DNA of 64,000 nt from Akkermansiaceae bacterium (GTDB lineage Bacteria > Verrucomicrobiota > Verrucomicrobiia > Verrucomicrobiales > Akkermansiaceae): NCBI GenBank assembly GCA_051251915.1, contig JBPOGF010000005.1, positions 32,001 to 96,000 of the forward strand. The letters run 5' to 3'. The position numbers and the translations under genes are program-made. Of this stretch, positions 50,689 to 58,763 are shown one piece after another; positions within the stretch are counted from its first letter, which is position 1, and each line of letters starts with the position of its first letter. The notes beneath the pieces are model-generated. The model was given only the letters and a program-made list of their open reading frames with translations. It did not search any database and was not told where the DNA came from.

Positions 50689-51378
50689 TTACATGTCTGC
50701 CCACTGGCGGAGTAGGTTGTGATAGACGCCGGTGAACTGGACTGCTGATTCGCTGGCGACTGGGTGGTCTGGGAGTGCTCCTGAGAGGCGCTGGGTGGCG
50801 ATGTCCATGTCGAAGAGGAGTGAGCGGCGTTCGTCTGAGCGAACCATGCTTTGAAGCCAGAAGAAGGAACTCACGCGAGCACCTGAGGTTACTGGGGTGA
50901 CATTGTGGAGTGAGGTGGAAGGGTAGAGGACCATGTGTCCGGCTGGTAGCTTGACGCTCTTGGCTCCGTAGGTGTCTTCGATGATGAGTTCGCCGCCTTC
51001 GTATTCTTCTGGGTCTTTGAAGAAGAGTGTGCAGGAGAGGTCTGCGCGGATGCGTAGGCCGTTTGGCATGGTGCGGACTGAGCTATCTACGTGAGTGCCG
51101 AACTGTTCGCCGCCTTCGTAGCTGTTAAACATGGGGGGGAGGATGTGGAGTGGTAGGGCGGCGGATATGAAGAGTGGGTTTGACTGTAGGGCTGTTAGGA
51201 TCATTTGGCCGATTTCTTGGGCGGCGGGACTGTTTTGACCTAGTTGCTTGTTAGTCTTCACCTTAGCTGCTTGGTGGCCGGCGGTCTTGCGACCATCTTC
51301 CCAGTTGGCGGCTTCTAGAAGTGCACGAGCATGCTTTACTTGTTCGCTACTTAATACATCTGGAATACATAGGATCAT
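50689..51378 (-). CDS. ybiX: PKHD-type Fe(II)/2OG hydroxylase (YbiX/PiuC)
   Basis: WEDGRKTAG..AAKVK.N.Q, HVD, YEGGEL, YPSTSLH.V, FFWLQS, YHNLLRQW. Confidence 0.93.
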   Translation of the reverse strand: MILCIPDVLSSEQVKHARALLEAANWEDGRKTAGHQAAKVKTNKQLGQNSPAAQEIGQMILTALQSNPLFISAALPLHILPPMFNSYEGGEQFGTHVDSSVRTMPNGLRIRADLSCTLFFKDPEEYEGGELIIEDTYGAKSVKLPAGHMVLYPSTSLHNVTPVTSGARVSSFFWLQSMVRSDERRSLLFDMDIATQRLSGALPDHPVASESAVQFTGVYHNLLRQWADM

Positions 51379-51405
51379 CTTTTTGAGATAGGTTGTTGTT
51401 TAACG

Positions 51406-51443
51406 AAAAATGGCACACCATTGGTTGCCCAAATGGTGTGCCA
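51406..51443 (-). terminator. Hairpin with U-tract between the TonB receptor and ybiX
   Basis: 12-bp IR tggcacaccatt/aatggtgtgcca with A5 at 51406-51410. Confidence 0.7.
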
Positions 51444-51465
51444 GTCAGTATCTATTTATACTAGA

Positions 51466-53733
51466 TTAGAACTTCCATTCAGCACTGATAGTGAATGTGC
51501 GCGGTGGCGCTACTTGAGCTCTTGTTGAACCCCAGTTTGTAGATATTGCATACGCGTTATCGAATACATTGTCTACGTTTAATCTTAGTGTGACGTTGTC
51601 TTTAAGCTCATAAGAAGCAAGAGCGTTGAATACGATGTAGCTTGGTAGTTTGCCATTGGCACCGTTAGGGATGATTCTGTCGTGGTCGTCAGTGCGTCCT
51701 ACGTAGGATTCACCGTTGTATTGCATTCCACCGCCTACTGTGAGCTTATCTGTGGCCTCGTATGTGGTGAAGAGGTTCATGGAGACATTTGGAGTGAACG
51801 CGAGTTCGTCACCATTCACATCACCGTAGGGATCATCTTCTGGGCGTCCTGATGTGTTACGAACGTCTGTGAAGTGGTCTCGCTCAGAGTTCATGACAAG
51901 CAGACCACCGAAGACATCCCAGCGATCTGTGATTTTTCCAGTGATGCCGAGTTCGAGTCCGTAGAGGTTTTGCTCACCTTCACCGATGGTATTGCCACGG
52001 CCATCTGAGATGACGATGTTTTTACGGTTGGTGTAGAATAATCCTGCTGTGGTGGAGAGTCTTCCATCGTAAAGGTCCCATTTTCCGCCAACTTCGTAGT
52101 TGAAGTTTTGCTGAGCTTCAGCATCTGGATTATTGACTCCTCCACCGGCACCAGGGAAGGCATTACCGCCTTCACGGGAAATGTCAGGGCTAGAGAGGAA
52201 TGAGCCTGGAGGTAAGTAGGAAAGACCAACCGCTCCGTAGTAACTGACATTTTCTTGAGGTTTATACACGAGGCCGAGTTTACCTCCTACATATGTGTCA
52301 TTCTTGCCATAGTTGAAGCTACCGTCAGAGTCGGTGAGCTGGAAGTCATAGTGCTCAGCACGAAGTCCACCGGTGAGCTGCCAGTTTTCGCTTAGTTTGG
52401 CTGTGTCGTAGAGATAGGCTGCAAAGCTAGTGACCTCTACATTAGCGGAGGCGGATGATGCGCCGAATGTAACCGCTCTGCTAGAGAGAGGATCTGAAGC
52501 TGACGTATCAGCGACACTTCCTGTGCCGAAGCGTAGTGCATCAGATTCTTCATGACTGAAGTCTACACCTGCAGAGATTTTGTGGTTTATGCCATTCATA
52601 TCAAAGTCATTGGTATAGTTTAACTGATTGGAGTAGAGTGTGTTTTCGCGGTTATAGCGGAGAGCTCTGCCACTGACTAGGCCGGTAACTGGATCGTATG
52701 CATCTGCGCTGATGAATCCTGCATTGCGTTCACTTTGAGAAAAACGCATTTGGTTGGTGAGGACGCCACCGTTGGTGAGCTCTCGTCTGTATGTGGCGGT
52801 GATTGAGTCGTAGCTCGTGTCATCGAAATCTTGATCAGTTCCGTAGAAATTATCTATAAAACCACTAGTACCTGAAACGTAGTTTTTTGTTCCTTTTACG
52901 AAGGCAGCTGGTACACCGTAATCTGGGATGTCATTAGATTCTGTGTGCTGGTAAGAAAGGGTGAGTGAGGAATTAGTGCCAATTCCGAAGCCGATGCTTG
53001 GAGCAAATCCCCATGCATTGTTCTCTGCATCTCCGCGGCCTAGGATACCACCTTCTTGGTAGAAGGCGTTCATGCGAAATGCTGTGGCTTCTAGTGAGCC
53101 TAGAGTGAGCTGTCTGTTGAGATCAATGGACTGGCGGAAGAGAGGATCACCGCTCTGGAATGAATGTCCAAGGCTAGAGTTTAAAGTGAGGAAGTCGTCT
53201 AAATGCGGGGTTTTTGAGACAATGTTGACGTATCCTCCTGCGCCGCCGCGGCCGTTTTCGTCTGCGGCTCCTTTAGCGATTTCTACGCGTTCCACGTTGA
53301 AGATATCACGTGTGTAGCTACCTGAGTCACGCACTCCATCGATAAATACGCTGCCTGAGGCATCTGTGCCACGGAGGTTGAAGTTATTAGGGTTGCTGGA
53401 GAATCCATTCTCACCGGCGCTGAATGAAATACCTGGTGTGTTTTTGAGAACGTCTGTGAGGTTGCGTGCGCCTTGTTGTTCGAAAACTTCTTTGGTTACT
53501 ACATTAAAGGTTTGGGGAGTGTCGAGTAACGGAGCGGTCATCTTACTTGAAGATAAATTCGGTGGATTGATGACAGCGACTTCTTCTCCAGCGACTACTG
53601 AGTCAGCGAGAGCTTCAATAGGTTTGAGCGCATCTTGAGCGCTAGCACTTGTCATGGCTGCAAATGTCGCTAACGCAAGTAATTCGCGTGATGATGCGAC
53701 TCTTTGAGTTCTAGTATCTGTATTAGTAGTCAT
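51466..53733 (-). CDS. TonB-dependent siderophore receptor (Fiu/PiuA-like)
   Basis: LLDTPQT, DVLKNTPGI, IDGVRD, VERVEIAKG, LNVDNVFD, C-terminal EWKF. Confidence 0.92.
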   Translation of the reverse strand: MTTNTDTRTQRVASSRELLALATFAAMTSASAQDALKPIEALADSVVAGEEVAVINPPNLSSSKMTAPLLDTPQTFNVVTKEVFEQQGARNLTDVLKNTPGISFSAGENGFSSNPNNFNLRGTDASGSVFIDGVRDSGSYTRDIFNVERVEIAKGAADENGRGGAGGYVNIVSKTPHLDDFLTLNSSLGHSFQSGDPLFRQSIDLNRQLTLGSLEATAFRMNAFYQEGGILGRGDAENNAWGFAPSIGFGIGTNSSLTLSYQHTESNDIPDYGVPAAFVKGTKNYVSGTSGFIDNFYGTDQDFDDTSYDSITATYRRELTNGGVLTNQMRFSQSERNAGFISADAYDPVTGLVSGRALRYNRENTLYSNQLNYTNDFDMNGINHKISAGVDFSHEESDALRFGTGSVADTSASDPLSSRAVTFGASSASANVEVTSFAAYLYDTAKLSENWQLTGGLRAEHYDFQLTDSDGSFNYGKNDTYVGGKLGLVYKPQENVSYYGAVGLSYLPPGSFLSSPDISREGGNAFPGAGGGVNNPDAEAQQNFNYEVGGKWDLYDGRLSTTAGLFYTNRKNIVISDGRGNTIGEGEQNLYGLELGITGKITDRWDVFGGLLVMNSERDHFTDVRNTSGRPEDDPYGDVNGDELAFTPNVSMNLFTTYEATDKLTVGGGMQYNGESYVGRTDDHDRIIPNGANGKLPSYIVFNALASYELKDNVTLRLNVDNVFDNAYAISTNWGSTRAQVAPPRTFTISAEWKF

Positions 53734-53786
53734 TTTATGTATGAATTATTTTAAGGTCAATTCGTGTTAGTTGCTCACGATGATGA

Positions 53787-53807
53787 TATTGAGAATTAAT
53801 CTCAATA
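53787..53807. promoter_or_regulatory. Fur-box-like palindrome
   Basis: tattgaga-attaa-tctcaata (core TGAGAAT-t-AATCTCA vs Fur 7-1-7 consensus TGATAAT-n-ATTATCA), ~55 bp upstream of the receptor start. Confidence 0.72.
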
Positions 53808-53885
53808 GATGAAGTAGGTCAAGTTTAATAGAGGAAATATCTACAGAGAAAGTCTGGCAACGCCCGAAACTGCTGTTAAGGCACA

Positions 53886-54329
53886 TTGGGCATGGGATTA
53901 CTTGAGGCAAGAGGTGCTGAAACAGGGAAGAGTTATGAAGAACTGGAGCGTGGCTGGTGCTTGGGTGATGGAGATTTCAGACAAAAGATCTTAGATAGGG
54001 CAGAAGGACTCTTAAGCTCTGTGAAAAGAGAAAGTGTGAGTGGTCTAGCGGTTAAAGAGCACGATGAGCTAGAAGCTGAAAGATTACTTAAGGCTGGGAT
54101 GTTAAAGTTAGGGTTAGAGGCAAAGGATTTAGCGAAGATGGCGAAGTCTGCAGTGGAGAAAAGAGCCTTAGCTGGATGGTTGGCTAAACACACAATGGCA
54201 TCTGGATCCTGGCTTGCACAACGGCTAGTAATGGGGCATATTAGTTCAGTGACACAAGCAAAAGCATGGTGTCGGGATAACAAAGAAGGTGAGCGATGGT
54301 TGAAGAAATTGGAAAAGAAGAGCAGATAA
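53886..54329 (+). pseudogene. C-terminal remnant of an IS200/RAYT-like Y1 transposase
   Basis: RGWCLGDGDF...AERLL...WLAQRLVMGH resembles the C-terminal HTH region of these transposases (from memory); no HUH N-terminus present. Confidence 0.55.
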
Positions 54330-54357
54330 ATAGAATTAAAAAGTAGGTGAAATTATT

Positions 54358-54906
54358 AATTATAGGACCCCTTTTGCGCTTACCCCTTTTGCGCCTATGG
54401 GTTGGTGTTGCTTTAGATGATTGTGTTTGTTTTCCGTTAGCAGGCGGAGCAGGCCGAGGCGGTGAATCTGCATCAAATAACTAAACACCAATCATGAAAA
54501 TAATCACATTCATACTATTTTTTTTCTTACTGAATTCAGTGATCATTGCTAGTGAAACCATTCCTCTAGTTGAAATAACTAAATTAATTAAAGATAAAAA
54601 AATTGTTGTTTGTTCTCTGAATGGTTCAGGTAAGAAAGATGAGGTTCTTGTTCAGATAGGTTATAATGTGGAACTAACCCATATAGATACGAATGTAAAA
54701 AATACTGGATATTATATAGTTATTAGAAAAAAATCATCACGAAGACTAGTGTCAAGAGTATCCGATAATTTAGAAGAGAAAGTAGATTTATCTCATCTTT
54801 TGGGAAGAAAATTTAAATCCGTTTCTATGGGAAGCATAATTAAAATATTTAAGAGGCAGGAAAAGGGTATGAGCTGTAAATAAAAGAAGAAACAGGTCCT
54901 ATAATT
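54358..54906. repeat. 12-bp inverted repeats flanking an AT-rich gene, plus a 13-bp direct repeat
   Basis: aattataggacc (54358-54369) / ggtcctataatt (54895-54906); accccttttgcgc at 54367 and 54382. Confidence 0.6.
54494..54883 (+). CDS. AT-rich hypothetical secreted protein
   Basis: Signal-peptide-like N-terminus; much lower GC than the flanks. Confidence 0.6.
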   Translation: MKIITFILFFFLLNSVIIASETIPLVEITKLIKDKKIVVCSLNGSGKKDEVLVQIGYNVELTHIDTNVKNTGYYIVIRKKSSRRLVSRVSDNLEEKVDLSHLLGRKFKSVSMGSIIKIFKRQEKGMSCK

Positions 54907-55231
54907 TAGAATAGCCGTAGATGCTATATGGCAGAATAGATAAAGGTGTTTAGTCTTTCAGAGTCAAAGAGCCAATCTCCTACCAAATCCACCCCCGCAC
55001 TCCACCCCCCAAAGCACTGTCACGCTGCCTGCAATCATGCCATCTCACAAACGAGTGTAATGCCACGGACCCTTTCGCCCTATGGGCGAATGCTGAGACA
55101 CTTCCCCAAAGGGGCCCCCTCTCATCACCGGGATCATTCCACTCGCAAAGCTCGTTGCATTTGCTGGGCATTACACGCGTTGTGCGAAGGAATGAGTAGG
55201 CATGGCGCCAGTGCTTGAATTAGGTTTACAG

Positions 55232-55264
55232 AAAAAAGCTCCCAAGGTTGGACCTTGAGAGCTT
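55232..55264 (-). terminator. Rho-independent terminator of fbaA
   Basis: aagctcccaaggt-tgg-accttgagagctt stem (one G-U on the minus strand) with an A-run. Confidence 0.8.
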
Positions 55265-55292
55265 ATGTGGAAATGATTAGAAAAGTATTAGC

Positions 55293-56321
55293 TTACTTCT
55301 TGTAGATTGATTTTCCTGTTGAGAGGAGGTCATCACAAGCGAGTTTGAGTCTTTCGCAGACGCCTTGTTCACCTTTTTTGATGTATGAGCGTGGGTCATA
55401 TTTGCCTTTTACGCCGACTTCGCCGTCGATTTTGAGTACTGACTCGATGTTTTCACAGATGTGAGTGACGATAGGGCGAGTGAATGCGTATTGGGTGTCG
55501 GTGTCGATGTTCATTTTGATGACGCCGTAGCCGAGTGTCTCGCGGATGTCTGCGAGGTCTGAGCCTGATCCGCCGTGGAATACGAAGTCCATTTGTGCTT
55601 CTGCACCGTGCTTGTCAACGACTGCAGCTTGGCCATCACGGAGGATGGTAGGCTTGAGTTTGACTGAGCCAGGCTTGTATGCTCCGTGGACGTTTCCGAA
55701 GGTGGCTGCGAACATGAATCTGCCGATAGGGGCGAGAGTCTCGTAGACTTGGATCATGTCTTCAGTGGTGGTGTAGAGTTTTTCTGCTGGGAGGTCTGAG
55801 GTGTCGTGACCGTCTTCTTCACCGCCTACGCAGCCTGCTTCAACTTCGAGGATGATGTTGAGTTCTGCGCATTCCTTGAGGAGTCCTTTTGAGATCTCCA
55901 TATTTTGGTCAAGGTCTACTACTGATCCATCAAACATGTGTGACTGGAAGAGTGGTCCTTTGCCTTCTGCGATGCGAGTGCGTGAGGCTTCTAGGAGTGG
56001 CTTGAGGAAGCTGTCAACTTTAGCTGGGTGACAGTGATCTGTGTGGAGAGCTACGAGGATGTCGTATTTCTCAGCGAGTAGGTGAGTGGCTTCAGCGAGG
56101 ACGATGGCACCGAATGCTTCGTCTGCGACTGCGAGGCCGGAAGCGAATGATCCGCCACCAGTGGATACCTGGATGATGCCGTCTGAACCGGCTTCTGCGA
56201 ATGCTTTAAGCGCACCGTTGATGGTGGCTAGTGATGTGATGTTGATGGCTGGGTATGCGTAGCCGCCTTTTTGAGCGGAGTCTAGCATTTGTGCGTATTG
56301 TTCTGGAGTTGCTACAGGCAT
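55293..56321 (-). CDS. fbaA: Class II fructose-bisphosphate aldolase
   Basis: ALHTDHC, SHMFDGS, GGEEDG, FGNVHG, VFHGGSGS, KMNIDTDTQ. Confidence 0.96.
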   Translation of the reverse strand: MPVATPEQYAQMLDSAQKGGYAYPAINITSLATINGALKAFAEAGSDGIIQVSTGGGSFASGLAVADEAFGAIVLAEATHLLAEKYDILVALHTDHCHPAKVDSFLKPLLEASRTRIAEGKGPLFQSHMFDGSVVDLDQNMEISKGLLKECAELNIILEVEAGCVGGEEDGHDTSDLPAEKLYTTTEDMIQVYETLAPIGRFMFAATFGNVHGAYKPGSVKLKPTILRDGQAAVVDKHGAEAQMDFVFHGGSGSDLADIRETLGYGVIKMNIDTDTQYAFTRPIVTHICENIESVLKIDGEVGVKGKYDPRSYIKKGEQGVCERLKLACDDLLSTGKSIYKK

Positions 56322-56386
56322 AGTATTTATTTGGTTAAGTTACTTGGTTATTGAGTTAGTGGTTTGGGAGAGTTTAAAGATATCGA

Positions 56387-56773
56387 TTAAAATGGGATGT
56401 CGTCGCCACGGAGGTCGTCCATGGATGGTTCGCCGCTTTGGTCGTTAGAGAAGTCTGGGATGTCGTTTGAGCTGGTGTTGTTAGCTGGAGCAGGTTGTGC
56501 GCCACCGCCTGAGCCTGCTTGGATTTTCCAGCAGTTAAGGTTGACGTAGTATTTGCCGTTGTATTCGTTTCCACGGATGTCGAAGCTGACGTTTACTGTC
56601 TGGCCAACAGCGAATTGATCAAGGAGTGAGCATTTGTCTTTAACGATTTCGAATTTAATGTCTTGCGGCCATTTTGAGTCTCCTGTGGTGATAACAAATT
56701 CACGCTTAGTGAATCCTGAGGAAAATGACTGGGTGTCATTGATGATTTTGATGGTTCCTTGTGCTTCGTACAT
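56387..56773 (-). CDS. DUF3127 (SSB-like OB-fold) protein
   Basis: GFTKREFVI, V.VSFDIRGNEYNGKYY..L.CWKI, acidic DDIPF tail. Confidence 0.85.
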   Translation of the reverse strand: MYEAQGTIKIINDTQSFSSGFTKREFVITTGDSKWPQDIKFEIVKDKCSLLDQFAVGQTVNVSFDIRGNEYNGKYYVNLNCWKIQAGSGGGAQPAPANNTSSNDIPDFSNDQSGEPSMDDLRGDDIPF

Positions 56774-56905
56774 GATGGTGGGAGTGTGTCTTTTCTCTTT
56801 GCCTTGTCAATCATGATATAGGCTGTAGTCTGGCATGTTTGCGGGGGAGGTCTGTGAGCTAAGGTGACTAGACCGTTTTGGTGAGCGGGCTCACGTCAGA
56901 AGTTG

Positions 56906-56926
56906 ATTGGTCATTGGTCATTGGTC
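56906..56926 (+). repeat. Heptamer tandem repeat (attggtc)x3
   Basis: Direct reading; similar heptamer runs at 27900-27920 and 37571-37598. Confidence 0.7.
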
Positions 56927-56960
56927 GGATTCTTCGGTGGCTTGCTGGTTTATTCTGATT

Positions 56961-58481
56961 TTATTTGCGGAATAGTTTAGTGATGAGTTTTTTGATGAAG
57001 CTGGGTTGGCTAGGTGTCAGGGGTGGTGAGGATGTGTCTGAGGCTACTGTATTTTGTTTGTTAGGGAATTTGATTTGTTGTTGGTATCCGTGGCGTTTGG
57101 CGAGGGTTTCCATTTTGTGGAGCATGGGGGTGAAGCGTTCTCTGTCTATCATGACGAGGAATCTTCCGTAGCCTAGTGCTCTGGCGAGGAGGCGGTCTGA
57201 CTTTCCGTCCCAGGTTGCGCCTGCGGGGCCTTTGGTGTTGAGGTGGTGTAGGAGGGCGCGGTATTGGCGGACTTTGGTGCGGGAGATGGAGATTTTATCA
57301 TTCACGACGACTCCGGTGACCTCTTGGTGTTGGCCTTTGTGCATGATGCGGAGTTTGTCTGGGTGGACGGTGAAGCCTTCTTCGTGGATGACTTTCTTTA
57401 CGTGCCAGAGGAGCTTGGTGAGGTTTTGTTTGGTTTCTCCTTTGGTGGAGAAGGTCATGTCATCTGCGTAGCGGGTGTATGAGAAGCTGTGTTTGTTGGC
57501 GATGCCTTGGAGTCTGGCGTCTAGCCGGCGGCAGATGATGTTGGTGATGGCTGGGCTGGTGGGGGCGCCTTGGGGGAGGCATCTTTGTCCGTCTGCGATG
57601 TGCCAGTTTTCGTTGTCGATGCTGACTTCTTGGGTGGGTTGCTCGGTGCAGATGAGGGCGAGGACGGATGCGATGCCGTGAGAGTAGCCTAGCTCGCGGA
57701 ATGCGCCGATGACTCTGGCTAGTGTCAGGCTGGGGAAGAAGTCCTTGAGGTCTAGGTTCATGACGACGTCTGCGCCGACGTGGGGCGTGGCGTTGGTGAC
57801 GATGGACTTTTCTGTTAGGAATCCGTTGGCTGCGGGGTGGGATTTTACTTGGTTGAGGAGCTGGAGGTAGATTTTGAGTTGTGCGTCTTTTAGCCGTGGT
57901 TGTGGGGCGGAGATTTGTCGGTACCCGCCGGATTTCTTCGGCATGAGGAATCTTTTGTAGTGGTTGACCTTGGAGACTTTTCTGGCGTAGCTGAGGAATT
58001 TTAGGTCGGCTAGGCTGATGTTTAGGAATTCAGCGAGGGCTATGTGATCTGGGAAATCTGGAAGGTTGTATTTGGTTAGTTTTTCTGGGTTTGGCTTTAG
58101 TTTTGCTAGATTGTTAGAGACGTCTGGTCCGAGGTAGAGGATTTCTTTTGTTTTGCGCTTTTGCCAGTTGGCGGCTTGTTGGGCTTTTTTTTCTTCGCGT
58201 TGTTGCTTGAGTTCGGCTCTGCGTTTGAGTGATTCTTCTTTGCGGATGCGATGGATTTCTTTGAGTGCGTCTTCTTTGGAGCTGAAGAGGCGCTGTTGTT
58301 TCATGAGTTCGTTTAGCTCGCGGCGGATTTGACCTTTGCGCTTGATGAGGTCTGCTGGTGCTTGGTTTGAACTGCCATCTTTCCAGAAACCGAGGCGGAT
58401 CATTTCATTTAGGATCACCTCGTCACGAGATGATTGCCTGATCTGATCATAGAGTTCTTGGCGGCTGGCGGGTCTGGACAT
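56961..58481 (-). CDS. Retron-type reverse transcriptase
   Basis: KKSGGYRQISAP, region X NAxxH (TNATPH), LDLKDFFPS, LPQGAPTSP, YTRYADD, region Y VTG (QEVTGVVVN); charged N-terminal extension. Confidence 0.95.
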   Translation of the reverse strand: MSRPASRQELYDQIRQSSRDEVILNEMIRLGFWKDGSSNQAPADLIKRKGQIRRELNELMKQQRLFSSKEDALKEIHRIRKEESLKRRAELKQQREEKKAQQAANWQKRKTKEILYLGPDVSNNLAKLKPNPEKLTKYNLPDFPDHIALAEFLNISLADLKFLSYARKVSKVNHYKRFLMPKKSGGYRQISAPQPRLKDAQLKIYLQLLNQVKSHPAANGFLTEKSIVTNATPHVGADVVMNLDLKDFFPSLTLARVIGAFRELGYSHGIASVLALICTEQPTQEVSIDNENWHIADGQRCLPQGAPTSPAITNIICRRLDARLQGIANKHSFSYTRYADDMTFSTKGETKQNLTKLLWHVKKVIHEEGFTVHPDKLRIMHKGQHQEVTGVVVNDKISISRTKVRQYRALLHHLNTKGPAGATWDGKSDRLLARALGYGRFLVMIDRERFTPMLHKMETLAKRHGYQQQIKFPNKQNTVASDTSSPPLTPSQPSFIKKLITKLFRK

Positions 58482-58500
58482 AAGTTAAAAGGGGAGAAAA

Positions 58501-58723
58501 ATCAGTGGCAGAGGAGCTTCTTCGTGCAGAACCCGAGACTAGAAGGCTCAACTCAAGCGCAGTGCACCACTACGCACTAGTTCGCTTCAGAGAAGCCACC
58601 CAGGAACTAGTGCGTAGTGGTGCACTGCGCAAAGTTAAGAGACGGCTAGTGAAGCGTTGCAAGGCTGTATGCATGAACGGCGAAGCGCCGCTCGGTTGGC
58701 AAGGTGCAGCCTCTGCCACTGAT
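58501..58723 (-). ncRNA. Retron msr-msd non-coding RNA
   Basis: 14-bp terminal IR atcagtggcagagg (58501-58514) / cctctgccactgat (58710-58723); perfect 27-bp hairpin 58557-58583 / 58604-58630; short stem 58675-58693 that needs a G-U pair on the minus strand; ends 19 nt before the RT ATG. Confidence 0.9.
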
Positions 58724-58763
58724 GTTAAAAAAGTTATATGGTGATGGTTAGGATGAGAAGTAT

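Noticed and set aside
54946..55218. Short ORFs on both strands
   Set aside because: No recognisable motifs; the region is dominated by palindromes and is treated as non-coding
56961..58481. RT as a group II intron, DGR or CRISPR-associated RT
   Set aside because: No maturase/endonuclease extension, no TR/VR pair or cas genes seen; NAxxH and VTG motifs indicate a retron
58557..58630. Long hairpin as a terminator, CRISPR repeat or IS end
   Set aside because: No U-tract, no repeat-spacer periodicity, and it is nested inside a1/a2-like arms next to a retron RT
58505..58744. 79-aa + strand ORF
   Set aside because: Antisense to the operon and coincides with the msr-msd inverted repeats; better explained as ncRNA
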